Assembly: GCA_043801585.1 (NCBI GenBank)
Contig: JAZDLX010000065.1
Span: forward strand, 1-18,692
DNA: 18,692 nucleotides
Source of the DNA: a bacterium
GTDB lineage: Bacteria; Electryoneota; Electryoneia; Electryoneales; Electryoneaceae
Direction of reading: 5' to 3'
In this document: positions 1 to 7,992 of the stretch, piece after piece
How the letters are laid out: each line of letters starts with the position of its first letter
Numbering within the stretch: position 1 is the stretch's first letter
Notes under the pieces: model-generated
Seen by the model: the letters and a program-made list of their open reading frames with translations, nothing else
The model's database searches: none
Told to the model about the DNA's origin: nothing
Made by a program: the position numbers and the translations under genes

Positions 1-2779
1 CCATCGCCTCCGGCAGGATCGGATGATCGACCGTCGAGGGCTTGCCCGTCATCGCCTCCGTGGCCAGAACCTCCTGTTCCTCACGGTGGCGTTTCAGCGA
101 ACCTGTGGCCGGACTCGCAGCGTAGCCTCGTCCTACATATCGGATGACCCGGCCCGGGAAATGATGCAACAGGACACTTCTCATGTAGCTCCAGCCACCG
201 CGGTTTTTCGGCTCCTCCTGTGCCCAGACGAGTTCCGTGTCCTCGCCGTATTGACCGACCAGTTGCAGCAGCAGATCCTCGCGCATCGGATAGAACTGTT
301 CGACACGCAGGATCGCCACATCCTTGACCCCGGTTTCCTGACGCTTGGAGATGAAATCGTAGAACACCTTGCCGCTGCACAGTACGACACGCCGCGCTTT
401 CTTCGGAGGCGACGGATCATCCATGATCTCCTGGAAATTACCCTCGATCAAATCGCTGACGAGTGAGACCGCCTCGGGCAAACGAAGCATCGACTTGGGA
501 GTCATGATGATCAGCGGACGGCGGAAGGGACGTTTTATCTGCCGCCGGAGTACATGGAAGTATTGCGCCGGTGTTGTCAGGTTGCAGACCTGGATGTTGT
601 TCTGGGCGCACGTCTGAAGGTAACGCTCGAGGTATGCGTTCGAATGCTCCGGTCCCTGTCCCTCGTAGCCGTGCGGCAACAGCATCGTGATGCCGCTCGT
701 CCGCTGCCATTTCGACTGGCTGCTGACGATGAACTGGTCGATGATCACCTGGGCGCCATTTGCAAAATCTCCGAACTGCGCCTCCCACATCACCAGCATA
801 TTCGGTTCGGCGAGGGTGTAGCCATATTCAAAGCCGAGCACGGCGGCTTCGGTGAGCGGACTGTTGTACACGCAGAACCGCGCCTGATTATCGTTGATGT
901 GCATCAGGGGGATGTACTTCTCTCCCGTCTTGCTGTCAAACCAGACGGCGTGGCGCTGGCTGAAGGTTCCGCGCTGGCTGTCCTGGCCGGAAAGGCGCAC
1001 GGGCGATCCCTCCGCGAGCAGGCTTCCGAGGGCGAGCGCTTCGGCGTAGGACCAGTCGACATGTCCGCCCTTTTTGACGACTTCCATTTTCTCTGGCAGA
1101 TAGCGGCCGATTTTGGGATTCAGGTTGAATTTCTCGGGTACCGTAGTCAGCATCCGGGCCACTTCAATCAACAACTTTTTCGGCACACCGGTTTGGACCG
1201 TCTTCGGCGAATAATCCGATTCCATCCCGGACCAAAGATGCTCGTATGCCTGAACCTCCTCGGTGGGATGTTCGCTGCGGGCGTACTCGAAATGACGCTG
1301 CAACTGGCTCTGGAAATCCTTGCCGATCTGATCCGCTTCCTCCTGCGAAAGTTCGCCCGCCTCGACAAGGCGTTTGGTGTAAATTTTCCGCGCGCCCGGA
1401 TGCTTTTTGATCTTCTCGTACATCTTCGGTTGTGTGAACGCGGGTTCATCGCCCTCGTTGTGGCCGTATTTCCTGTAGCAAAGCATATCCACTACGACAT
1501 CGCGGCCGAATTCCTGGCGGAATCTCAGCGCCAGTTCACAGGCGTAGACAACCGCCTCCGGGTCGTCCCCGTTTACATGGAAGATGGGCGCGTCGATCAT
1601 CTTGGCGACGTCCGTGCAATAGGCGGTCGACCGCGATTCGGTGGGGTCGGTGGTGAAACCGATCTGGTTGTTGACGATGATATGCAACGTGCCACCGGTC
1701 CTGTACCCGGTGAGCTGGCTCATGTTCAGGGTCTCCGCGATCAGTCCCTGACCGGGAAACGCAGCGTCGCCATGAATCAGCAACCCAAGCACATTGCGGC
1801 GGTATTCGGTGTCGTTGCGCTGGCGCTGTTTCGCACGGACCTTCCCCAACGCCACCGGATTGACCGCCTCCAGATGGGAGGGATTCGCGGTCAGCGAGAG
1901 GTGGACGCTTCGCCCGTAACGGTTGCGGTGGTCCGACGAAAAACCCTTGTGATATTTCACATCGCCGTCGCCGCCGAAGTTGTCCGGGAGGACATTGCCC
2001 TCGAACTCGCTGAAAATCTGGCTGTAGGATTTGTCAAGGATGTTCGCGAGGATGTTCAGGCGGCCACGGTGGGTCATGCCGATTACAATCTCCTCCACCC
2101 CCTCCTCGGGCGCCATCTCGACGATGGAGTGAACTGCGGGGATCAGGGTTTCCGCGCCCTCGAGGCTGAACCGTTTCTGGCCCGGATACCTCGTCTGAAT
2201 GAACGCTTCGAACATCTCCGCGTCAACCAACTGCCGCAGGATCTCACGCTTTTTCGGCGTATCAAACGTTGGCCGGTTTTGATGAGGCTCCATCTGCGCC
2301 TGCAACCAGCGTCGCATCTGGAGGTTCTGGATGTGGGTGTATTGCACTCCGATAGTGCGGGCGTAGGTCTGGCGGAGGGTTGTGATGATGTCACGCAACT
2401 TCATCCGTGCATCGGCGTGGAGATGGCCGGTGTCGAACTCACGGTCCAGATCCTGTTCGCTGAAGCCGTATTTCTCGATCTCGAGATCTGGATGCGATTC
2501 CGCCGCCGGCTGCAACGGATTGATGTTCGCAATCATGTGTCCCTGGCTGCGGTAGGCGAAAATCAGGCTCGCAACCCGTGACTGCGCCGCCGCATCATCC
2601 GCCGCCAAACCCGATGCCTGCGGTATGCCAAATTCGAAGCCCTGGAAGAAATAATGCCAGCTCTCGTCCACGCTGTCCGGATCGTTCAGCCACTGCTGGT
2701 AGAGCTCTTCCAGGTATTGCGCACTCAACTCGCCGGGTTCACGGCTGCGGCCGGTCCCGGTGGCGTGCTCGCTTGCCAC
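1..2779 (-). CDS. sucA: 2-oxoglutarate dehydrogenase E1 component (3' end runs off the left edge of the window)
   Basis: Segments translated by hand on the minus strand. GTG at 2779 follows GGAGGG. N-terminus MASEHATG...AQYLEELYQQWLNDPDSVDESWHYFFQGF, then AYRSQGH, GMTHRGRLN, GDVKYHKG, NPSHLEAVNP, ThDP motif HGDAAFPGQG, WEAQFGDFANGAQ, LPHGYEGQGPEHS and C-terminal RYVGRGYAASPATGS. Start and 3' segments are in the same frame (about 926 codons in the window). Its absence from the ORF track is consistent with the stop lying beyond base 1. Confidence 0.96.
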   Translation of the reverse strand, partial: MASEHATGTGRSREPGELSAQYLEELYQQWLNDPDSVDESWHYFFQGFEFGIPQASGLAADDAAAQSRVASLIFAYRSQGHMIANINPLQPAAESHPDLEIEKYGFSEQDLDREFDTGHLHADARMKLRDIITTLRQTYARTIGVQYTHIQNLQMRRWLQAQMEPHQNRPTFDTPKKREILRQLVDAEMFEAFIQTRYPGQKRFSLEGAETLIPAVHSIVEMAPEEGVEEIVIGMTHRGRLNILANILDKSYSQIFSEFEGNVLPDNFGGDGDVKYHKGFSSDHRNRYGRSVHLSLTANPSHLEAVNPVALGKVRAKQRQRNDTEYRRNVLGLLIHGDAAFPGQGLIAETLNMSQLTGYRTGGTLHIIVNNQIGFTTDPTESRSTAYCTDVAKMIDAPIFHVNGDDPEAVVYACELALRFRQEFGRDVVVDMLCYRKYGHNEGDEPAFTQPKMYEKIKKHPGARKIYTKRLVEAGELSQEEADQIGKDFQSQLQRHFEYARSEHPTEEVQAYEHLWSGMESDYSPKTVQTGVPKKLLIEVARMLTTVPEKFNLNPKIGRYLPEKMEVVKKGGHVDWSYAEALALGSLLAEGSPVRLSGQDSQRGTFSQRHAVWFDSKTGEKYIPLMHINDNQARFCVYNSPLTEAAVLGFEYGYTLAEPNMLVMWEAQFGDFANGAQVIIDQFIVSSQSKWQRTSGITMLLPHGYEGQGPEHSNAYLERYLQTCAQNNIQVCNLTTPAQYFHVLRRQIKRPFRRPLIIMTPKSMLRLPEAVSLVSDLIEGNFQEIMDDPSPPKKARRVVLCSGKVFYDFISKRQETGVKDVAILRVEQFYPMREDLLLQLVGQYGEDTELVWAQEEPKNRGGWSYMRSVLLHHFPGRVIRYVGRGYAASPATGSLKRHREEQEVLATEAMTGKPSTVDHPILPEAM

Positions 2780-3137
2780 TGCATCCCTCCCACGGCACAG
2801 GAACCGCTCATCCACGATGAATGGACAGAACCCGCACTCGTCCTGCGTATGTGCAAAAGGCGACAGATCCTGCAAACTCCGTCGCCGCTGCCAATCGCCA
2901 ACAAATTAGGTAAAACTAAGATAATCCAAAAGGGGCCACTTTGTACCCCCAAACGTTGTCGGTCCGCACCTCCAGAGTCCAAATCCGTGTTCTTTCGGGG
3001 GAAGGAATCATGAGTACACCGTTTGCCCTTGAAGATTCATAACTACTTCACGGTGCAGATAAATGTGACAGGAATTCCAATGCTGAAAAGTCGGTATTTG
3101 AGTATACTGTCCCCGGGTTTACCCACGGATTCACGCT

Positions 3138-3956
3138 TTACGGGTTCAACAGAGCTCCATACAATTCAACTCGCCGGTCACGGAAGCGGTGGTTGTACGA
3201 GTTGTAACTCTTTTCGTCCGCCACCGACAGATCGACCTCGACCGTTGCGATTTCCGGTTTATCCGCTGACCCCGAGGCGAGGATATCGCCACGCGGGCCG
3301 GTAATCTGGCTCTGGCCGGTGAACGTCAACGACCTTCCAACCCGCTGCTCCGTCCCGACCCGGTTCGCCGTAACCACGTAGACTGAATTTTCCAGACAAC
3401 GGGCGAACATCGCGCGCTGACAATAGGGCATCACCAGGTTGCTGGGATGTGCGATGATCTGCACCCCGGCGAGCGCCAGCAGGCGAGCGGTCTCGGGAAA
3501 TGTCCAGTCAAAACAGATCATCATCCCGACCCGGCCTGCTGGAGTATCCACCACCTTCGGCGCTTCATCGCCCGGCGAAAACAGATCATTCTCCCTGTCG
3601 TACAGATGGATTTTCCGGTAGTTCATCAGGGTGCCGTCCGGTGTGGCGAGCATGGATGAATTGAAGAACCGCTGACCCTTCTGTTCCGGGTACCCGATCA
3701 CAACCGTGGTGCCGGTCTCACGGGCCAGCCGTTTCATCCTGCAGGACGTCTGCCCCTCGATGAACTCCTCCGCCATCGTGGCGAGCTCCGCCACGTTGAG
3801 GAATTCATACCCGCTGGTCGCCAGTTCCGGAAAGACCAGAAGATCCACATTGCCGGTCTCACGGACGATGCGTTCAATCTGCGCGATGTTTCCCTCGATA
3901 TCTTCGAAAATCGGCAGGAATTGGCCATAACCGATTGTTTTTATGGTTTCACTCAT
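3138..3956 (-). CDS. Carbon-nitrogen hydrolase (nitrilase/amidase superfamily)
   Basis: Glu-Lys-Cys triad motifs LLVFPELAT, YRKIHL and ICFD, plus ANRVG..FTGQSQI. ATG at 3956 is preferred over 3962 because GGGAG abuts the 3962 ATG and lies 6 nt before the 3956 ATG. Confidence 0.9.
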   Translation of the reverse strand: MSETIKTIGYGQFLPIFEDIEGNIAQIERIVRETGNVDLLVFPELATSGYEFLNVAELATMAEEFIEGQTSCRMKRLARETGTTVVIGYPEQKGQRFFNSSMLATPDGTLMNYRKIHLYDRENDLFSPGDEAPKVVDTPAGRVGMMICFDWTFPETARLLALAGVQIIAHPSNLVMPYCQRAMFARCLENSVYVVTANRVGTEQRVGRSLTFTGQSQITGPRGDILASGSADKPEIATVEVDLSVADEKSYNSYNHRFRDRRVELYGALLNP

Positions 3957-4091
3957 CTTCATCTCCCGATGTCACATGCATGGAAAATGTGCCGAATACA
4001 CGAGAAATTGGTCGGTTTTCTGCAATTTCTGAACGAAATCGATCGAAATTCTCCACATTTTCAACTTATCCGGCTCTTTCTGGATCAGAAA

Positions 4092-4115
4092 CCCGACCCT
4101 GAAGGGTTGGGCCAC
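4092..4115 (-). repeat. GTGG-tagged REP-like palindrome
   Basis: Minus strand reads GTGG-CCCAACCC-TTCA-GGGTCGGG: a tetranucleotide tag followed by an imperfect 8-bp stem. It is intergenic, just downstream of the citrate synthase pair. Confidence 0.6.
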
Positions 4116-4168
4116 CCCCGATCAAAAACTACTGTTTTATTACGATTTCTTGCGGATTTTTCTGTTTT

Positions 4169-5296
4169 CTATCTATCCGCCAGATAAACGGAACCCGGCT
4201 CGATCATCGCTCCGCCGGGAAGGTATTCAAGGCAATGCGCCATCCAACCGGTCTGGATCGCCAGGCAGAAGGGAATCGGGAACGCGCTCGCCGGAAGTCC
4301 CAGCGGATGGTAAACGAGGCCGGTGATGCTGTCTACGTTGGCGTAGATCCCCTTGCCGCCAAGCTCCGACTCGACAGTTTCCCGTAACGCCGAATAGGTG
4401 TCCCACATCCCCTCCAACCCCTTCGCTTTGAGCAGCGCGGAAGCGTGAGGTTCAAGGGCACGGACTCGCGGGTCGGGGCATTTGTAGACACGATGGCCAA
4501 AACCGGGGAAACGGAACCCCTCCCGAACCTTCTCTTTCACCCAGGCGTGAGCATGGTCAGGTCCCTCCAGTCGGCGCAGCATCTCGAACGAGAGCTGGTT
4601 GGCGCCACCATGCCGGACGCCGGAGAGCGCCCCCATCCCGGCGAGCACGGCGCTGCCCAGGTCGGCGCCGGTGGAAATCACCACCAGCGCGGCAAACGCG
4701 GCGGCGTGCAGCCCATGTTCCGCCTGCACAATCAGGCTCGCCTCAAAGGCTTTCGTTTCCATCTCCGATGGTACCCGCCCCAACGACTGATAGAGGATGT
4801 GCTGCGCGAAAGGCAGGTCATCTCGCGGCTGTAGCGGAGGCAATCCTTCAAGGTGCCGAATCGCCGCGGCCGCGAGGGAGGATGCCCAACTCAGAATCCT
4901 TGCCGGGCGCCGCCACTGGGCGTCAAGGTGGGTGTTTTCAGGTTCGGGAATGTGGCAGGCGGCGACGGTGAGCATCGTTCTGTACTGCGCGAGTGGGTGA
5001 GCGTCTCCGGGAATCCTGTCGAGGGCGGCAAAAGCCTCCTTGGGTGGGTTGCGCCATTGAACCAACTCGGAACGCCACTCCTCCAGCTTCACAGCATTGG
5101 GAAGGCTTCCGTGCAGAATCAGGTAGCTGACCTCCTCGAAGCAGCAGTGCCGGGCGAGATCCTCGACGTCATAGCTCCGGTAATAGAGCTTCCCCTCGCT
5201 GCCGTCCAACCGGCTGATATCGGTCGAACCAACGATAAGCCCCTCGAGGCCGCGGTTGTAACTCTGGATGTGCGGTGGATCGCTCCGCCCGATCAC
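4169..5296 (-). CDS. Citrate synthase family protein B (catalytic His/His/Asp intact, substrate pocket altered), 375 aa
   Basis: GLEGLIVGSTDISRLDGSEGKLYYR, AEHGL, GVRHGGAN, GFGHRVYKCPDPR, ANVD, GWMAH. The likely start is GTG at 5296, which overlaps the upstream TGA (GTGA) after AAAAGGGGG. The ORF-track extension to 5431 overlaps the upstream gene. Confidence 0.9.
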   Translation of the reverse strand: MIGRSDPPHIQSYNRGLEGLIVGSTDISRLDGSEGKLYYRSYDVEDLARHCCFEEVSYLILHGSLPNAVKLEEWRSELVQWRNPPKEAFAALDRIPGDAHPLAQYRTMLTVAACHIPEPENTHLDAQWRRPARILSWASSLAAAAIRHLEGLPPLQPRDDLPFAQHILYQSLGRVPSEMETKAFEASLIVQAEHGLHAAAFAALVVISTGADLGSAVLAGMGALSGVRHGGANQLSFEMLRRLEGPDHAHAWVKEKVREGFRFPGFGHRVYKCPDPRVRALEPHASALLKAKGLEGMWDTYSALRETVESELGGKGIYANVDSITGLVYHPLGLPASAFPIPFCLAIQTGWMAHCLEYLPGGAMIEPGSVYLADR

Positions 5297-6537
5297 GCAT
5301 CCCCCTTTTCCGGCAGAGGACGCCGGGCATGTCCGGTGTAGTGGGACAACGGTCGGTAAAGGCGGCCACCCTCGATCTCCTCCCGCACCCTCGCCACCAG
5401 TCCCGCCATCCGCCCCACGGCGTAGAGGCACGGCACCAGCGGCGCATCGGCTCCGAGCAGGTGAAACAGCAGCGCGGCGTAAAAGTTGATATTGACGTGT
5501 ATCCCGCGCGGAGCAAGCCGTCTCGTCGCCTCCTCCTCAACCGCACGGGCGGTGTAAAACAGCTCCTCGTAACCCTTGCGACTCGCGACGGATGCCAGCT
5601 CCCGTCTCAGCAACGTCACGCGAGGATCCGCCATGCGATAGACACGATGTCCGAACCCGGCAATCCTTCCGCCCCGTTCGATATGACTGCCCACCCAGTC
5701 GCGGCCATCTTCCGGGCCGCGCAACACAAGAAGCTGTCCCAGGACCTCCTCGACCGCACCCCCGAGCTTCGGGCCACGCAGCGCCGAGAGTCCCGCGACA
5801 ACGTTGTAGTAGGGGTCTGCGAGGCAACTGGCGACAATCAGCGAGGTGAAAGTTGGGGCGTCGAGGCCGTGGTCCGCATAGAGCACCCAGAGCAAGTCCA
5901 GTGTGGCGACATCACGCGGATCGGGATCGCCCTCGCACAGCGCTGCGACTGTGCATTCCGCAAGACTTTTTTCACTATCGAAGGCAACCATATCCCGGCC
6001 GGAACGAAGCCGTGCAATCTGGGCGACAAGCGCGGCGACCTGGCCGACTATCCGCATCTCCCGCCAATGCCTTTCGCCGGCGAGGTCGTCTGATGCTTTC
6101 AATTCATGGCACCCGAGCGCCGAAACTCCCGCCCGCAGCAGCCGTGTCGGGTGAGTGTTTTCCGGATCCATGTCGAGCAGCAAATCGAGCACTTCGGGCG
6201 GCAATGTGCGGCTTTCTCGCAGGTTCCTGCGGAACGTATCCCCGTTCGTGTACTCCGTACCGGGAGCCTCGCCGGTGATCAGCAGCCGAGCGACCTCTTC
6301 GAAACTGACCCGCCCGGCGAGCTGTTCCACGGGGATACCCCGGTAGGCGAGGGTTCCACTGGCCGGATCGAGCCAGGAGACCTTGGTCAACGAGGCGATG
6401 ACGCCGTTCAACCCTCGTCCAACCTCGGTTGTCACAGGCCATTCAAACGTTTTCTCACGCCAATCGTAGTAACCGTCAACCGTCCTTTTGACCTCGCTGC
6501 TCCGCACAACACCTCCGGAAAACGTCGTTGATTTCAT
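5293..6537 (-). CDS. Citrate synthase family protein A (catalytic His and Asp substituted, probable pseudoenzyme), about 414 aa
   Basis: GLNGVIASLTKVSWLDPASGTLAYRG, ADHGL, GFGHRVYRMADPR, GRMAG and RLYRP are present. It has GPKLGGA instead of GPxHGGA and NINF instead of NVDF. Start is ATG 6537, or alternatively GTG 6552. Confidence 0.9.
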   Translation of the reverse strand: MKSTTFSGGVVRSSEVKRTVDGYYDWREKTFEWPVTTEVGRGLNGVIASLTKVSWLDPASGTLAYRGIPVEQLAGRVSFEEVARLLITGEAPGTEYTNGDTFRRNLRESRTLPPEVLDLLLDMDPENTHPTRLLRAGVSALGCHELKASDDLAGERHWREMRIVGQVAALVAQIARLRSGRDMVAFDSEKSLAECTVAALCEGDPDPRDVATLDLLWVLYADHGLDAPTFTSLIVASCLADPYYNVVAGLSALRGPKLGGAVEEVLGQLLVLRGPEDGRDWVGSHIERGGRIAGFGHRVYRMADPRVTLLRRELASVASRKGYEELFYTARAVEEEATRRLAPRGIHVNINFYAALLFHLLGADAPLVPCLYAVGRMAGLVARVREEIEGGRLYRPLSHYTGHARRPLPEKGDA

Positions 6538-6601
6538 GAAGGTAAGCCCCACTGTAACAAAAGAACAACGGAGGATTTCCTGAAGCGCAGGGTGTAGTGA
6601 T

Positions 6602-6629
6602 TCAAGAACTTCGGATTCTCTGCCGATAC
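6602..6629 (+). promoter_or_regulatory. Putative sigma28 (FliA/SigD-type) promoter
   Basis: TCAA(G)-N16-GCCGATAC versus the consensus TAAA-N15/16-GCCGATAA, about 47 nt upstream of the ATG at 6676. Confidence 0.6.
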
Positions 6630-6675
6630 AGAGAAGAGGGACTCTCTTGTCCCGGGGTGTGGACTCTGTTCATTC

Positions 6676-7806
6676 ATGAGCCCGGATGAACCTGTGACGA
6701 TCGAACCCTACGCAAACGGATTTTCAACCGAGCTGGCTGCGGTCACTCTCCGCCCGAGTGGACTGCTGCGGTCAACAGCGGCGATCTCCGCCGTGCAGCA
6801 GTCATCCGTCTGTCCGAAGTGTGGACGTTCGGGATACGACTGCTGCGAGTACGACGACCGGATCATGATTTCGCCGGAAGGCCAGGCGAAGTCGATGGCA
6901 CTCGCCTCACCACAGGATCTCCTGAAGACTGCGCCTCAGGATTCGGGGCAGCAATCCACCGAAAGCTCCGATTCGACGAAGCGAAGCGATGACACGCCAT
7001 CTTCCCTGACGTCCGTAGCCGTCGATCCCATCACGAAGGAAGAAGCAGGCACAGAGAGCGGGACAGGCGGTGACAGCAGCCATGACAAGGAAAAAGAAAC
7101 CTTGGAACAGGGGCATGAATCGGCGAGCACAGTTCATGACGGCGAACTGTCTGAAGACGAGCAGAAAGAGGTTGACGAACTGAAGAATCGTGAGCAGGAA
7201 GTCCGTCAGCATGAAATGGCGCACAAATCCGCAGCCGGACAGCTTGCGGTTGGTGGACCGAATTACACGTACGAAACGGGACCGGATGGAAAGCAGTATG
7301 CCACCAGTGGCGAGGTCAAGATCGCTGTTGGTTCAGGACAGACCCCGGAAGAGAAACTGCACAACGCACAGCAGGCGGCACGCGCCGCCCTGGCGCCGTC
7401 GGAACCCTCCGGAGAGGACCGCCAGATAGCCGCTGAAGCGCAGCGTGTGGCGATGGAAGCGCAACAGGAACTCAATCAGGATCAGTCCGATGAGACAGGT
7501 CAGGCAGCAGATTCTCGTTCCACGGTCGCCGCTCATTTCGGGACGAAACCCACAGATCAAATCGACAAGCAGGACGGACAGGAAACTTCTTTAGCGCCGT
7601 CGTCAACCTCGCCGACTCAAGCCGATAATCCTGAGAAGTACGGTCACGAAGAAAGCCGAGATGTCAGCGAGTCAGACGACACCCCTCTCGCCCGCACACT
7701 TGCCCGTGTCGCGGACTCATACCGTCAGCAAACCACCCAGCATTCCCGGACGGTGAGTCTTGGCGATGATTTCACCTCAGGCGGCCGTCTCTCCCTGACA
7801 GCGTGA
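6676..7806 (+). CDS. SprA-related family protein (putative HExxH metalloprotein) with low-complexity acidic/Ser-Thr-rich flanks
   Basis: The core ELKNREQEVRQHEMAH...YTYETGPDGKQYATSGEV...TPEE...AALAPSEPSGEDRQIAAEA matches the SprA-related pattern (REVRAHExAH...GPDGxxYAxGGEV...AALAPAxPSxQD). Start could also be the GTG six codons downstream. Confidence 0.85.
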   Translation: MSPDEPVTIEPYANGFSTELAAVTLRPSGLLRSTAAISAVQQSSVCPKCGRSGYDCCEYDDRIMISPEGQAKSMALASPQDLLKTAPQDSGQQSTESSDSTKRSDDTPSSLTSVAVDPITKEEAGTESGTGGDSSHDKEKETLEQGHESASTVHDGELSEDEQKEVDELKNREQEVRQHEMAHKSAAGQLAVGGPNYTYETGPDGKQYATSGEVKIAVGSGQTPEEKLHNAQQAARAALAPSEPSGEDRQIAAEAQRVAMEAQQELNQDQSDETGQAADSRSTVAAHFGTKPTDQIDKQDGQETSLAPSSTSPTQADNPEKYGHEESRDVSESDDTPLARTLARVADSYRQQTTQHSRTVSLGDDFTSGGRLSLTA

Positions 7807-7858
7807 TCATCCCTTGTGCGATTCATTAGGGACTGTCCCTGATTACTCCCCGATGATT

Positions 7859-7951
7859 CCCGGCTGACGGGGCAGCCGGGCCACACATCCCTAAGCGTCG
7901 GGGCAGCCGGGCCACACATCCCTAAGCGTCAAAGCAGCCGGGCCACACATC
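7859..7951. repeat. 31-bp tandem repeat (about 2.7 copies) built on a GTGG-tagged REP-like palindrome, between convergent genes
   Basis: GCAGCCGGGCCACACATC starts at 7872, 7903 and 7934 (period 31). The first copy completes the hairpin CCCGGCTG-ACGGGG-CAGCCGGG-CCAC (7859-7884). Confidence 0.85.
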
Positions 7952-7992
7952 GACGGCTCACTTATTGGGAGAAATTCACTCTTTGAGTGGCG

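Noticed and set aside
554..2581. 675-aa plus-strand ORF (also 23..466)
   Set aside because: It is the codon-aligned antisense shadow of sucA and has no recognisable motifs of its own.
2780..3137. AT-rich region upstream of sucA with a TGTGA half-site and weak sigma70-like boxes
   Set aside because: I could not establish a complete CRP/FNR palindrome or a convincingly spaced -35/-10 pair.
5297..5431. Gly-rich N-terminal extension of the 420-aa citrate synthase ORF
   Set aside because: It overlaps the upstream gene's C-terminus. GTG 5296, with an RBS and GTGA coupling, is the better start.
7868..7951. Possible mini-CRISPR array
   Set aside because: The intervening sequences are near-identical and only 13 nt, and there are no cas genes. 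It is a tandem repeat.
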